Source of the DNA: an uncultured Chloroflexia bacterium
Lineage (GTDB): Bacteria; Chloroflexota; Limnocylindria; Limnocylindrales; CSP1-4
Reading direction: 5' to 3'
Assembly (NCBI GenBank): GCA_963833225.1
Contig: CAWHXD010000019.1
Span: 672,001 to 736,000 of the forward strand
DNA: 64,000 bases
Each line of letters begins with the position of its first letter. Positions within the stretch are counted from its first letter, which is position 1. Made by a program: the position numbers and the translations under genes. Below the pieces are notes generated by a model. That model saw nothing but the letters and a program-made list of their open reading frames with translations, ran no database searches and had not been told where the DNA came from. This document shows positions 1 to 10,436 of the stretch, in pieces.

Positions 1-150
1 GACGCCCGGGACCTGGGCCAGCACCGCGAGCAGCTCCCGGGCCAGCGCACCGCAGCCGATCACGACCGTGGGCGCTGTGGCCGTCGGCTCGTCTGGGTCG
101 CTGTGCCGGTCGTTGGTCACGCCAGCTCCGATGCCACTGGGGTGTTCCAT
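1..150 (-). CDS. DUF1638-like protein, 5' part (runs off window start)
   Basis: Minus strand from ATG 150 (alternative GTG 120) reads MEHPSG...TVVIGCGALARELLAVL, resembling the DUF1638 N-terminal 'IACGALARE' motif; divergent from betA. Confidence 0.55.
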   Translation of the reverse strand, partial: MEHPSGIGAGVTNDRHSDPDEPTATAPTVVIGCGALARELLAVLAQVPGV

Positions 151-347
151 GATGTGGAATGATGCCGCATGGCGGAACGATCTCCGTGGAGCAGCCTACG
201 AGATCGAGCGAACAGGTGTCCAGCGAGCAGCCGTCGGACCTGCCACATGGACCCTGTGCGGTGCCCGACGACGGGGCATGATGGCCGTCCTGCACGAGTG
301 GACCCGCCGATGCCGAGGATGGCCGGTGCTCCCCGTGTCATCCGGAG

Positions 348-2048
348 GTGGCAGACCACGTGAGCGGGACGCGCTGGGATTACGTGATCGTGGGCGGCGG
401 GTCCGCCGGCTGTGTCCTCGCCAACCGCCTGTCGGCGGATCCGTCGACACGGGTGCTGGTGCTCGAGGCCGGCCGTCGCGACTGGCCGTTCGACGTGTTC
501 CTCCACATGCCGGCGGCGCTCACGTTCCCCATCGGGAGCCGGTTCTACGACTGGCAGTACGAGTCGGAGCCGGAGCCGTTCATGAACGGCCGACGCGTGT
601 ATCACGCCCGGGGCAAGGTGCTTGGCGGCAGCTCGTCCATCAATGGGATGATCTTCCAGCGTGGCAACCCGCTCGACTACGAGCGCTGGGCGGCGGACCC
701 GGGCATGGACACCTGGTCGTTCGCGCACTGCCTGCCGTACTTCAAGCGGATGGAGGACTGCACCGCTGCCGCCCCGGACGACCCGTTCCGCGGCCACGGC
801 GGTCCACTCGTGCTCGAGCGTGGACCCGCCACCAGCCCGCTGTTCAGGGCCTGGTTCGAGGCCGCGGTGGAGGCGGGCTACGAGCGGACCGAGGACGTCA
901 ACGGCTACCGCCAGGAGGGCGTGGCGCCGTTCGACCGGAACATCCGGAAGGGCCGCCGCTGGTCGGCGACGAAGGCCTACCTCGATCCCGTCCGCGGCCG
1001 GCGCAACCTCGAGATCCGGACCGGCACCTTCGTGACCCGGGTCCTGTTCGATGGCACCCGTGCCACCGGCGTCGAGGTCGCGAAGGGGAACGGCACCGAG
1101 CGCATCGACGCGGGCGAGGTCATCCTCGCCGGGGGCTCCATCAATTCGCCCCAAACGCTGCTGGTCAGCGGCGTCGGCCCCGCCGACCACCTCGGGGAGC
1201 ACGGCATCCCGGTCGTCGCCGACCTGCCGGGCGTGGGTGCCAACCTCCAGGACCATCTGGAGGTCTACATCCAGTACCGGTCACTCCAGCCGGTCTCCAT
1301 GCAGCCCCAGGCGACGCAGCTCTGGCGGCGCCCGTTCATCGGCGCCCAGTGGCTGTTCCTGCACAGCGGCCCCGGGGCGACGAACCATTTCGAGGCGGGC
1401 GGCTTCGTGCGCAGCAACGAGGACGTGGCCTACCCGAACCTGATGTTCCACTTCCTGCCGCTCTCGATCCGCTACGACGGCTCGAAGGGGGAGGGGGGTC
1501 ACGGCTACCAGGTCCACGTGGGCCCGATGTACTCCGACGCGCGAGGGTCGCTCCGCCTCAAGAGCGCCGATCCCCGGACCAAGCCCGCGCTGCGCTTCAA
1601 CTACCTGTCGACCGAGCAGGACCGCCGGGAATGGGTGGAGGCCGTGCGCATCGCGCGCCGGATCCTGACCCAGCCCGCGTTCGTCCCCTTCAACGGCGGC
1701 GAGACCTCGCCGGGCGGGACGGTCGAGACGGACGAGGAGATCCTGTCCTGGGTCGCTCGCGACGCGGAGACGGCGCTCCACCCCTCATGCACGACGAAGA
1801 TGGGCACGGGGCCGGACGCGGTGCTCGACCCGCGCACGATGCGCGTCCACGGCGTCGACGGGCTGCGGGTGATCGATGCCTCGTCGTTCCCCTACGTCAC
1901 CAACGGGAACATCTACGCACCCGTGATGATGCTGGCCGAGAAGGCGTCCGACCTGGTGACCGGCAACACGCCCCTCGCCCCGGACCCCGTGCCCTTCTAC
2001 CGCCATCGGCCCGAAGGGCCAGGCACGGACGTGGCCCCGGGCGGCTGA
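348..2048 (+). CDS. betA: Choline dehydrogenase (GMC oxidoreductase)
   Basis: [22 protein letters not shown] motif, [27 protein letters not shown]; upstream of a betaine-type ABC transporter. Confidence 0.92.
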   Translation: MADHVSGTRWDYVIVGGGSAGCVLANRLSADPSTRVLVLEAGRRDWPFDVFLHMPAALTFPIGSRFYDWQYESEPEPFMNGRRVYHARGKVLGGSSSINGMIFQRGNPLDYERWAADPGMDTWSFAHCLPYFKRMEDCTAAAPDDPFRGHGGPLVLERGPATSPLFRAWFEAAVEAGYERTEDVNGYRQEGVAPFDRNIRKGRRWSATKAYLDPVRGRRNLEIRTGTFVTRVLFDGTRATGVEVAKGNGTERIDAGEVILAGGSINSPQTLLVSGVGPADHLGEHGIPVVADLPGVGANLQDHLEVYIQYRSLQPVSMQPQATQLWRRPFIGAQWLFLHSGPGATNHFEAGGFVRSNEDVAYPNLMFHFLPLSIRYDGSKGEGGHGYQVHVGPMYSDARGSLRLKSADPRTKPALRFNYLSTEQDRREWVEAVRIARRILTQPAFVPFNGGETSPGGTVETDEEILSWVARDAETALHPSCTTKMGTGPDAVLDPRTMRVHGVDGLRVIDASSFPYVTNGNIYAPVMMLAEKASDLVTGNTPLAPDPVPFYRHRPEGPGTDVAPGG

Positions 2049-2223
2049 CGGGGATCACGCACCGGGACGGAGGGGGCTGAGGCGAGGTTCGCCTTGACCT
2101 CCGGCGCCCGGTTGTCCATCCTGTGGCGATCCGAGGGGTCGGGTCCGCGACGCGTGCGCGTTGCGACGGCGTGCCCGTGATCGGCGAGGTGGCAATGGTG
2201 AGCGAGCACCCGGGCAACGCCCG

Positions 2224-3267
2224 TTGAGCGGGGACGAAGCAGCCCCGACGATTGCTGCCCGGGGCGTGTGGAAGATCTTCGGGTCGGCCGGCGCAAAGCT
2301 CAAGGAGCCGCCGGGGCGGGACGTGGTCACCGCCGACTTCCGCCGCGAGACCGGCTCCACGATCGCCGTCCGCGATGTCTCGTTCGAGGTCCAGCCCGGC
2401 GAGGTGTTCGTGGTCATGGGCCTCTCGGGATCCGGCAAGTCCACGCTCGTGCGGTGCCTGACCCGCCTCATCGAGCCCACCTTCGGCGAGATCCTCCTCG
2501 ACGGCGAGGACATCCGTCAGGCAGACCCCAAGCGCCTTCGTGAGCTTCGCCGCCACCGGTTCTCGATGGTGTTCCAGCACTTCGGACTGCTGCCGCACCG
2601 GCGCGTCGTGGACAACGTGGCCCTGGGCCTCGAGATCCGCGGCGATGACCGCAAGACGCGCATGGACCGTGCCCGGGAGCTCCTCACCCTGGTGGGCCTG
2701 GAGCCGCACGCGATGGCCTACCCGGACCAGCTGTCGGGCGGCCAGCAGCAGCGTGTGGGCCTGGCCCGGGCCCTCGCCGTGGACCCCGAGGTGCTGTTCT
2801 TCGACGAGCCGTTCAGCGCGCTCGACCCGCTCATCCGGCGCGACATGCAGAACGAGGTCATCCGCCTCCACCACGAGATGGGCAAGACGATGGTGTTCAT
2901 CACCCACGACCTGTCCGAGGCGCTCAAGCTGGGCGACCACGTCGCGATCATGCGGGCCGGGGAGATCGTGCAGATCGGGCGCCCCGAGGAGATCGTCGGC
3001 GCGCCCGCTGACGACTACGTCGCCGACTTCGTCCAGGACGTGCCCAAGTCGTACGTGCTCACCCTCGGCTGGATCAAGCGCTCGGTCCGCCCCGAGGATC
3101 CGCTCGACGGCCCGGAGTTCCCGGCCTCCACCACGATCCGCTCTGCGGTCCATGTGGCGGCCGGCACGGATCGCCCGATCCGGATCGTGGAAGGGGGCAC
3201 GCTCGTCGGGCTGGTGGACCGCGCACAGATCCTGTCCGCCATCGCGGGCGTGGGGCCCGAGGGTTGA
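2224..3267 (+). CDS. Glycine betaine/choline ABC transporter ATP-binding subunit (ProV/OpuAA-like); start uncertain (2161-2224)
   Basis: Walker [43 protein letters not shown]. Confidence 0.9.
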   Translation: MSGDEAAPTIAARGVWKIFGSAGAKLKEPPGRDVVTADFRRETGSTIAVRDVSFEVQPGEVFVVMGLSGSGKSTLVRCLTRLIEPTFGEILLDGEDIRQADPKRLRELRRHRFSMVFQHFGLLPHRRVVDNVALGLEIRGDDRKTRMDRARELLTLVGLEPHAMAYPDQLSGGQQQRVGLARALAVDPEVLFFDEPFSALDPLIRRDMQNEVIRLHHEMGKTMVFITHDLSEALKLGDHVAIMRAGEIVQIGRPEEIVGAPADDYVADFVQDVPKSYVLTLGWIKRSVRPEDPLDGPEFPASTTIRSAVHVAAGTDRPIRIVEGGTLVGLVDRAQILSAIAGVGPEG

Positions 3268-5189
3268 CCGCGATCGGCCGGGGAGCCATCCCGGTCGCCG
3301 GCCTCGGGGTGTCCCGACGCACGATCGCGGTCGCCGGCGCGGTCGTGGCGATCGTCCTGTGGCTCGTATTCCGCGGCCAGATGAACCTGCCGCACAACGA
3401 CGACTACGACCTGTTCAACTGGCTCAACGGCCTCCGCACCTGGGTCAACGAGAACCGCACCGTCCTCGAACCCATCCGGGTCGGCGTCGCCGGGCTGGTC
3501 GGCGTGTTCGACGAGCTGCTGGCGTCGCTGGGCTGGCCGGGCGTGATCGGGATCGTGGCGGCGCTCGGGTACGCGTTCGGTGGCGTCCGCCTCCTCGTGC
3601 TGGTCACGACGGGACTCCTGCTGCTGGGGGTGCTGGAGCTGTGGGACGCCAGCATGGCCGTGATGGCGATGATGCTGGCCGCGGTCCTGCTGGCGCTGCT
3701 GATCGGCCTGCCGCTGGGGATCCTCGCCGGGCGGTACGAACGGGTGGCGGCGTTCCTGGCGCCGATCCTCGACTTCATGCAGATCATGCCCACCTTGGCC
3801 TACCTGACGCCGATCACCCTCCTGTTCCTGATCGGCGTGGCGCCATCCACGGTGGCGACGTTGATCTTCGCGGTGCCGGCGGCGATCCGGATCACGGCCC
3901 TCGGGATCCGCGGCGTGTCGCCCACGACCGTGGAGGCGGCCCGCTCGCTGGGAGCGACGGAGGGCCAGCTGCTGCGCAAGGTGACCCTGCCCCTCGCGCG
4001 CCGCCCGATCGGGCTGGCCATCAACCAGACGATCATGCTCGCGCTGTCGATGGTGGTCATCACCGCGCTCATCGGCGCACCCGGCCTGGGCCGGATCCTC
4101 CAGCAGGCCCTGTCCAAGGTGAACGTCGGCGAGGCCTTCGACGCAGGGATCGCGATCGTCATCCTCGCGATCGTCCTCGACCGCCTGACCTATGCCGCCG
4201 GCGAGTGGCTCGACCCCCGCGAGCGGGCCGCGCAGCGGCGGCGCGGCGGCCGTGGGGTGACGCTCGCGATCGTGGCCGGCCTCGTTGCCCTCGGCCTGGC
4301 TGCGCCGCTGCTCATCGACGCCAGGCAGTTCCCGGACACGGTCACGTTCTCGTTCGCCGACCCCGTCAACTCGGGCGTGAGCTGGTTCACGGATACCTTC
4401 CGGACGGTCACCATCGGGTTCAAGGACGCGGTTACCTATGGGTTCCTCAATCCGCTCGAGACCGTGCTGACCCAGGCTCCCTGGTGGCTGGTCATCGCGG
4501 TGGCGGGCCTGGTGGCGCGCGCCGTGTCGGGCCTTCGGGCGGCCGTCGTGGTCGTGGTCAGCCTGGTCCTGATCGCGCTGATCGGCCTCTGGGCCCACGC
4601 GATGGCCACGCTTGCGAACGTGGTCGTGGGCACGCTGCTGACCCTGGGGATCGGGCTCGTGATCGGCATCGTCTCCGCGCGCAACGACCGCTTCCGGACG
4701 TTCCTGCGGCCGCTGCTGGACGCAGCCCAGACGCTGCCGGCGTTCGTCTACCTGATCCCGGCCCTCGCGCTGTTCGACCCGACCCGGTTCACCGCGATCG
4801 TGGCGGCGGTCATCTATGCGCTGCCGCCCGTGATCCGCCTCGTGGATGTCGGCATCCGGGCGGTGCCGGCCACGGTGATCGAAGCAGCCACGGCATCCGG
4901 GGCCACCGCGTGGCAGCTCCTGTGGAAGGTCCAGCTGCCGATGTCGCGCTTCGCGCTCCTGCTGGCGGCCAACCAGGGGATCGTGATGGTCCTGTCCATG
5001 GTCGTGATCGGCGCGCTGGTGGGGGCGGGCGCGCTAGGCTACGACGTCATCACCGGGTTCGCCCAGGGCAAGGACTTCGGCAAGGGGCTCGCGGCTGGCA
5101 TCGCGATCGTCCTGCTGGGGATCCTGCTGGACCGGATCACGCAAGGGGCCGGCGGCAACCGCCGCGCAGGCATGGAGGGTGCCGGCTGA
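3264..5189 (+). CDS. Glycine betaine ABC transporter permease with two fused ProW-like domains
   Basis: Two copies of LDxxQ[IT][ML]P and of the EAAxxxGAT loop; many hydrophobic helices; 4-nt overlap with the ATPase gene. Confidence 0.9.
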   Translation: MTAIGRGAIPVAGLGVSRRTIAVAGAVVAIVLWLVFRGQMNLPHNDDYDLFNWLNGLRTWVNENRTVLEPIRVGVAGLVGVFDELLASLGWPGVIGIVAALGYAFGGVRLLVLVTTGLLLLGVLELWDASMAVMAMMLAAVLLALLIGLPLGILAGRYERVAAFLAPILDFMQIMPTLAYLTPITLLFLIGVAPSTVATLIFAVPAAIRITALGIRGVSPTTVEAARSLGATEGQLLRKVTLPLARRPIGLAINQTIMLALSMVVITALIGAPGLGRILQQALSKVNVGEAFDAGIAIVILAIVLDRLTYAAGEWLDPRERAAQRRRGGRGVTLAIVAGLVALGLAAPLLIDARQFPDTVTFSFADPVNSGVSWFTDTFRTVTIGFKDAVTYGFLNPLETVLTQAPWWLVIAVAGLVARAVSGLRAAVVVVVSLVLIALIGLWAHAMATLANVVVGTLLTLGIGLVIGIVSARNDRFRTFLRPLLDAAQTLPAFVYLIPALALFDPTRFTAIVAAVIYALPPVIRLVDVGIRAVPATVIEAATASGATAWQLLWKVQLPMSRFALLLAANQGIVMVLSMVVIGALVGAGALGYDVITGFAQGKDFGKGLAAGIAIVLLGILLDRITQGAGGNRRAGMEGAG

Positions 5190-5213
5190 GCCGGCGCAAG
5201 GAGGAGCAACAGA

Positions 5214-6266
5214 ATGACCCGAACCAACGTGCAGCGCTGGCTGGCGCTCTCGGCCGCGACGATGCTGTTCGTGGCCGGCTGCGCCCAGAGCTCCGGCGCG
5301 ACGGCGGCACCGGCAACCCCGGCGCCTGTCGCCACGACGGCCCCTGCGGCGAGCACGGCCGCGGGCTCCGAGGCCCCCGCCGAGTCCACGGGCCCCACCG
5401 CCGCCACCTGTGAGGGCAGCGGCGATCACGGCACGGTCCAGCTCATGATCAACCAGTGGGTCGGCGCCGAGGCGAACGTCGCCGTCGCCGAGTGCCTGCT
5501 CAAGCAGATGGGCTACGACGTCAAGACCAACACCCTCGCCGAGGAGGTCGCCTGGCAGGGCTTCGAGACCGGCGAGGTTGACGTCATCCTCGAGAACTGG
5601 GGCCACCCCGACCTCGAGCAGCAGTACATCACCGATACCAAGCTCGCCACCGACGCCGGTCCGATGGGCGTGCAGGGGATCATCGGCTGGTACGTGCCCG
5701 GCTGGATGGCCGACCAGTACCCCGACATCACCGATTGGAACAACCTCAACAAGTACGCCGACCTGTTCAAGACCTCGGAGTCGGGTGACAAGGGCCAGTT
5801 CCTGGGCGCCGATCCGACGTTCGTCCAGTACGACCAGGCGCTGATCACCAACCTCGGTCTCAACTTCAAGGACGTGTTCTCGGGCTCCGAGGCCGCCACC
5901 ATCACCGCGTTCCAGGCCGCCGACAAGAACCAGACCCCGCTCATCGGCTACTTCTACGATCCGCAGTGGCTCCAGAGCGAGATCAAGCTGGTCAAGGTCA
6001 ATCTGCCGGCCTACACCCCCGGCTGTGACGCGGACCTCAAGAAGGTCGCCTGCGACTATCCCGCGTACACGCTCAACAAGATCGTCCGGACCGCCTGGCT
6101 GGACGAGGGCGGCGCCGCCCAGCAGTTCATCAAGAACTTCAACTGGACCAACGCGGACCAGAACCAGGTCGCCGACCTCATCACCAACGGCGGCATGTCC
6201 GACGCCGAGGCGGCCAAGGTCTGGATCGACGGCCACCCGGACGTCTGGCAGGCCTGGATCCCCTGA
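5214..6266 (+). CDS. Glycine betaine ABC transporter substrate-binding lipoprotein (ProX/OpuAC-like)
   Basis: Lipobox VAGC, Ala/Pro/Thr linker, GEVDVILENW, GWYVP; AAGGAGG RBS. Confidence 0.88.
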   Translation: MTRTNVQRWLALSAATMLFVAGCAQSSGATAAPATPAPVATTAPAASTAAGSEAPAESTGPTAATCEGSGDHGTVQLMINQWVGAEANVAVAECLLKQMGYDVKTNTLAEEVAWQGFETGEVDVILENWGHPDLEQQYITDTKLATDAGPMGVQGIIGWYVPGWMADQYPDITDWNNLNKYADLFKTSESGDKGQFLGADPTFVQYDQALITNLGLNFKDVFSGSEAATITAFQAADKNQTPLIGYFYDPQWLQSEIKLVKVNLPAYTPGCDADLKKVACDYPAYTLNKIVRTAWLDEGGAAQQFIKNFNWTNADQNQVADLITNGGMSDAEAAKVWIDGHPDVWQAWIP

Positions 6267-6292
6267 TCCGCTGATCTCACCCTCAGCCTTTT

Positions 6293-6326
6293 CACCGCCG
6301 GCGCCGGGTCACCCGCGCCGGCGGTG
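6293..6326. terminator. GC-rich hairpin downstream of the ABC operon
   Basis: CACCGCCGGCGC ... GCGCCGGCGGTG inverted repeat 27 nt after the stop; no U-tract on the + side. Confidence 0.45.
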
Positions 6327-6467
6327 TCGCGTCCGGGTCCTTCGACCGGCGCACCAGCCCGGCAGCCCGCCATCGCGATGGCTCCCGGCGCGCTCGAACA
6401 GGACCAACGGCAGGCGCCGTGGCCTCTCCCGGGGCCGACGATGCGCCTGTCGCATGGAGAGCACCCG

Positions 6468-6827
6468 ATGCACGGAACCTCACGACGCCGGACCGTGGAA
6501 CGACCGGCCGGGGTCGGCGTCAATGCTGTCGTCTGGATCGAGCCGGGCCGCGCGATCGTCGTCCGCGGTGGCGATGGCGCCGAGCTCGCCTCGACTGAGC
6601 TCCCGATCCCCGCGGCGTTCGCCATGACCCCGCCTGCCCTGGCCGAGGTGGCGCATTCCATCGGCGCCGTGGACCGGGTCCTGGTGCTCGGCGAGGGCGA
6701 TCTCCGGACCGCCCTCGAGCGCGAGATCGTGGCCATCGGCCACCGCCCCGAGACCATCAGCGAGGCGGAGGTCACCGGTCACGTCGACGCAGCGATCCTC
6801 GCGGAGCGGCTCGCGCACCTGCGGTAG
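6468..6827 (+). CDS. Small protein of eRF1-domain/host-attachment-like family (paralog 1)
   Basis: GGAG RBS before ATG 6468; NAVVWIE...AIVVR, VDRVLVLGEG..R..LE, C-terminal ILAERL; similar to 16064-16520. Confidence 0.55.
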   Translation: MHGTSRRRTVERPAGVGVNAVVWIEPGRAIVVRGGDGAELASTELPIPAAFAMTPPALAEVAHSIGAVDRVLVLGEGDLRTALEREIVAIGHRPETISEAEVTGHVDAAILAERLAHLR

Positions 6828-7045
6828 GCCGCCCGCGGCCAACCCGGCTCAGCGTCGGGTGATCGGCCACCTTGGCCTGATCGGGCGGGCCGTCCGGCAG
6901 GGGCCGATTGCCGACCGGCCCGGGCCCTCTCCACCGGACGGCACTCCCGCGCGACCCCCTCCCGGGCCGAGCATGTGGATGCGGGCCCGGAGCGCGTGAT
7001 CCTGTTGCGAGGCTCCGTACCCCCACGTAGCGAGGTCTGCGCGCG

Positions 7046-7558
7046 ATGCCGCCTGTGACACCTACGACGTCCCCCGATCTGATGCCGGCTCTTGCATCTT
7101 CCTGGTTCGGAGGAGGGTTGTCGCCCGAGGCGGTCGCCCGCCTGGCGTCGATCGCCTCGCGGCGCCTGGTGCCCTCGGACACCGAGCTGTTCCACGAGGG
7201 ACAGGTGACCGAGGCGATGTCGATCGTCCTCGACGGCCGGGTCGCGTTGCGGACGCTCGTGCCGGAGCGCGGCATGGTCACCATCCTCACGGTCGAGGCC
7301 GGCGACATCATCGGCTGGTCGGCGCTCGTGCCGCCGCACCGCGCCACGTCGGTGGGGATCGCGATCGAGCCCGTGACGCTGATCGACTTCCAGGGCGAGA
7401 CGCTGCGCCAGCTCCTGCGCGAGGACCATTCCCTCGCCGCGTCGGTCTACCCGCGCGTCATGCAGGCGATGGGCCGCCGGCTGGCTGCCACTCGCCTCCA
7501 GCAGCTGGACCTGTTCGCGCGCGAGGAGTGGAATCGGTCGGAGACCCGGCCGTGGTGA
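7046..7558 (+). CDS. Cyclic-nucleotide-binding (Crp-like) domain protein without an evident HTH
   Basis: LFHEG, IVLDGRVAL, GDIIGWSALVPPHR motifs; stop overlaps the hydrogenase beta-gamma start (GTGA). Confidence 0.85.
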   Translation: MPPVTPTTSPDLMPALASSWFGGGLSPEAVARLASIASRRLVPSDTELFHEGQVTEAMSIVLDGRVALRTLVPERGMVTILTVEAGDIIGWSALVPPHRATSVGIAIEPVTLIDFQGETLRQLLREDHSLAASVYPRVMQAMGRRLAATRLQQLDLFAREEWNRSETRPW

Positions 7559-9594
7559 ACGACGAGCGTCTCCCGTACGCGCCGTATCCCAGCCCGACCG
7601 GCACCGCCGTGGCGGCGGCGCCATCCTCGGTCGCCTCGCCCAACGGGACCGGGCCCTGGTTCCTCGCCAGGGCCAACCTCGGCCTGCTCCTGGACCAGCT
7701 CCGCGCCGACGGCCGGACCGTGATCGGGCCGACGGTCCGGGATGGGGCGATCGTGTACGGCGAGATCTCGTCCGTGGACGACCTGCCGGCCGGGATCGGA
7801 GACGAGCAGACGCCCGGCCACTACGGGCTGGTCGAGCGCGGCGACCGTCGGGTGTTCGACTACACGGTCGGACCCACGGGACCCAAGCGCTGGACGTTCC
7901 CGCCGATCGTGCCGCTCAACGTCGGCCGGCGTGAGGGCCGGTCCGTCAGCTTCGAGCCAGCGACCACCGAACCTGCCAGGCTGGCCTTCCTCGGCGTCCG
8001 GGCCTGCGAGGTCGCCGCCCTGGGCATCCAGGACCGCGTGTTCCTGGGCGGCCCGTACACCGACGAGGACTACCGGGCGCGCCGTCGGGGCGCCCTGATC
8101 ATCGCCGTCAACTGCGCGACCGCCGCCTCCACCTGCTTCTGCACCTCGATGGGCACCGGCCCCGAGGTCCGAGGGGGCTATGATCTCGCGCTCACGGAGC
8201 TCGACGAGGGCTTCGTCATCCGGACGGGATCCCCCGAGGGTGCCGCTCTCGTCGCCCACCTGCCGCTCCTGGCCGCCGACGCGGGCCAGATGCTCCGCGC
8301 GTCGGAGTCGGTGGGCAAGGTTGCCGCAACGATGGGCGACCCGGTTCCCACGGCGGGTCTCCACGATCGCCTGATCGCGCAGTTCGACAGCCCGCAGTGG
8401 GCCAAGGTGGCGGAACGCTGCCTCTCCTGCGCCAACTGCACGATGGTCTGCCCCACCTGCTTCTGCAGCAGCGTCACCCAGCGATCCGACCTGGACGGCG
8501 ACGTGTCGACCTCGGAGCGGGTCTGGGATTTCTGCTTCACGGCAGGCTTCGCCAAGGTCGCCGGAGGCAACTTCCGGAGCCGGCCGCGTGACCGGTACCG
8601 GCAATGGCTCACGCACAAGTTCGCGACCTGGGTGGACCAGTTCGGGATGTTCGGATGCGTCGGCTGCGGCCGGTGCATCACGTGGTGCCCGGTTGGCATC
8701 GACATCCGGCAGGAGCTGCTTGCCGTCGCGCCGCCGCTGGCGGCACGGCCGGACCCGGTCCGACCGGCGCCGGTCGCGGCCAGCCCGGGGGACTACGCGA
8801 CGGCCCGCGTGGTGTCGATCCGGCGCGAGACCCACGACGTGACCACCCTGACCATCGGCGACGTGGAGCCGGCGTTCCTCGCCGGCGCGTTCGGCCAGTT
8901 CGCCATGGTCGCGATGCCGGCCTTCCCGCCGGCCCCGATCTCCATCTCCCGGTTCGGACGTGACACCATCGACCTCACGATCCGGGCGGCGGGTCCCGCG
9001 ACGGCCGCGATCAGCGGCCTCGGCCCGCGCGACGAGATCGGTCTCCGGGGTCCCCTCGGCACGTCGTGGCCGATCGAGCGCGCGATGGGCCACGACGTGG
9101 TCATCGTCACCGGCGGCATCGGCCTGGCGCCGCTGCGACCGCTGATCGACGGGATCTTGGCCCAGCGGGACCACTTCGAGAACGTTCGCCTGTTCTACGG
9201 TGCCCGGACGCCGTCCGACCAGCTGTACGGCGAAGAGCTTCGCGGCTGGGCCGCGCGCGGCGATGTCGAGGTCAAGCTCATCGTCGACCGTGAGGGTCCC
9301 GGCTGGACAGGTCCGGTCGGCGTCGTCACCCAGCTGTTCGACCAGGCCACATGGAGCGGCGAGCGATCGCTGGCCTTCGTCTGTGGCCCCGAACGGATGA
9401 TGGAGGCGACGGCCGATGCCCTGTATGCCCGTGGCCTCTCGAGCGACCGCATCTTCGTGACGCTCGAGCGGCACATGGAATGCGGGATCGGTCTGTGCGG
9501 GCACTGCCAGACCGGCCGCCTGTTCGTGTGCCGGGACGGCCCCGTCTTCGCGCTGTCACAGCTCGGCGACGTCTTCGGCAGGGAGGGCATGTGA
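7555..9594 (+). CDS. Group 3b [NiFe]-hydrogenase/sulfhydrogenase fused beta (4Fe-4S) and gamma (FAD/NAD(P), 2Fe-2S) subunit
   Basis: N-half GVRACE, CFCTSMGTGP, CLSCANCTMVCPTCFC, CVGCGRCITWCP; C-half GQF, LRGPLG, GGIGLAPLR, VCGP, MECGIGLCGHC, VCRDGPVF. Confidence 0.88.
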   Translation: MNDERLPYAPYPSPTGTAVAAAPSSVASPNGTGPWFLARANLGLLLDQLRADGRTVIGPTVRDGAIVYGEISSVDDLPAGIGDEQTPGHYGLVERGDRRVFDYTVGPTGPKRWTFPPIVPLNVGRREGRSVSFEPATTEPARLAFLGVRACEVAALGIQDRVFLGGPYTDEDYRARRRGALIIAVNCATAASTCFCTSMGTGPEVRGGYDLALTELDEGFVIRTGSPEGAALVAHLPLLAADAGQMLRASESVGKVAATMGDPVPTAGLHDRLIAQFDSPQWAKVAERCLSCANCTMVCPTCFCSSVTQRSDLDGDVSTSERVWDFCFTAGFAKVAGGNFRSRPRDRYRQWLTHKFATWVDQFGMFGCVGCGRCITWCPVGIDIRQELLAVAPPLAARPDPVRPAPVAASPGDYATARVVSIRRETHDVTTLTIGDVEPAFLAGAFGQFAMVAMPAFPPAPISISRFGRDTIDLTIRAAGPATAAISGLGPRDEIGLRGPLGTSWPIERAMGHDVVIVTGGIGLAPLRPLIDGILAQRDHFENVRLFYGARTPSDQLYGEELRGWAARGDVEVKLIVDREGPGWTGPVGVVTQLFDQATWSGERSLAFVCGPERMMEATADALYARGLSSDRIFVTLERHMECGIGLCGHCQTGRLFVCRDGPVFALSQLGDVFGREGM

Positions 9595-10436
9595 TGGTCA
9601 CCGTGGCTGCTCGCCCCAGGCTCCGCGTCGGGGTGGTCAAGATGGCCTCCTGCGACGGCTGCCAGCTCACCCTCCTCGATCTCGAGGACGAGCTGCTCGC
9701 CCTGGGCGACCGTTTCGACCTCATCGAGTTCCCCGAGGCCAGCTCGCTGCGCTCGGGGGGCCCGTACGATGTCCTCCTCGTCGAGGGCTCCGTCAGCACA
9801 CCCCAGCAGGCCGAGGAGATCGTGGAGCTGCGGGCCAAGGCCAAGCTCCTCGTCACCATCGGCGCCTGCGCCAGCTACGGCGGCATCCAGGCGCTCCGCA
9901 ACTGGAGCGACCACGACGTGTTCCGGGCGGCGGTCTATGCCCACCCGGAGTACGTCGACTCGCTCGCGACCGCGACGCCCGTGTCGGACCACGTCAACGT
10001 GGACGCCGAGCTCCACGGCTGTCCGATCAGCCCGGAGCAGCTGCGCGAGGTCCTGGTGTCGGTGGCCGTCGGCCGCCGCCCCCAGATCCGCGAGGAGGCC
10101 GTCTGCCTCGAGTGCAAGCGCCGCGGGACCACCTGCGTGATGGTCGCCCAGGGCATCCCGTGCCTCGGGCCCGTGACCCAGAGCGGGTGTGGGGCGCTGT
10201 GTCCCACCTTCGGGCGGGGCTGCTACGGCTGCTTCGGCCCACGGGAGCAGGCCAACACGGCCAGCCTGTCCGGGACCTTCGCGTCTGGCGGTCGCGAGGG
10301 GGTGGAGGTCAGCCGCCTGTTCGCCGGGTTCACCGGCTGGGCACCCCCATTCCGCCACGTGATCGAGGAGTTCGGAGGCCCGCCCGGGATGACGCCGGCG
10401 GCAGAGACGGAGGGAGTCCGCGATGTGCGCAGCTGA
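9594..10436 (+). CDS. Group 3b [NiFe]-hydrogenase small (delta) subunit
   Basis: SCDGCQ, EGSV, GACA, GCP, CLECK, CLGPVT..GC.A.CP, CYGCFGP; TGATG overlap. Confidence 0.9.
   Translation: MVTVAARPRLRVGVVKMASCDGCQLTLLDLEDELLALGDRFDLIEFPEASSLRSGGPYDVLLVEGSVSTPQQAEEIVELRAKAKLLVTIGACASYGGIQALRNWSDHDVFRAAVYAHPEYVDSLATATPVSDHVNVDAELHGCPISPEQLREVLVSVAVGRRPQIREEAVCLECKRRGTTCVMVAQGIPCLGPVTQSGCGALCPTFGRGCYGCFGPREQANTASLSGTFASGGREGVEVSRLFAGFTGWAPPFRHVIEEFGGPPGMTPAAETEGVRDVRS

Noticed and set aside
2540-5413. 957-aa ORF and other long alternative-frame or antisense ORFs (68-2080, 7447-9504, 51938-54808, 26266-27798)
   Set aside because: Arg/Pro/Gly-rich shadow frames of real genes, expected at this GC content because stop codons are rare
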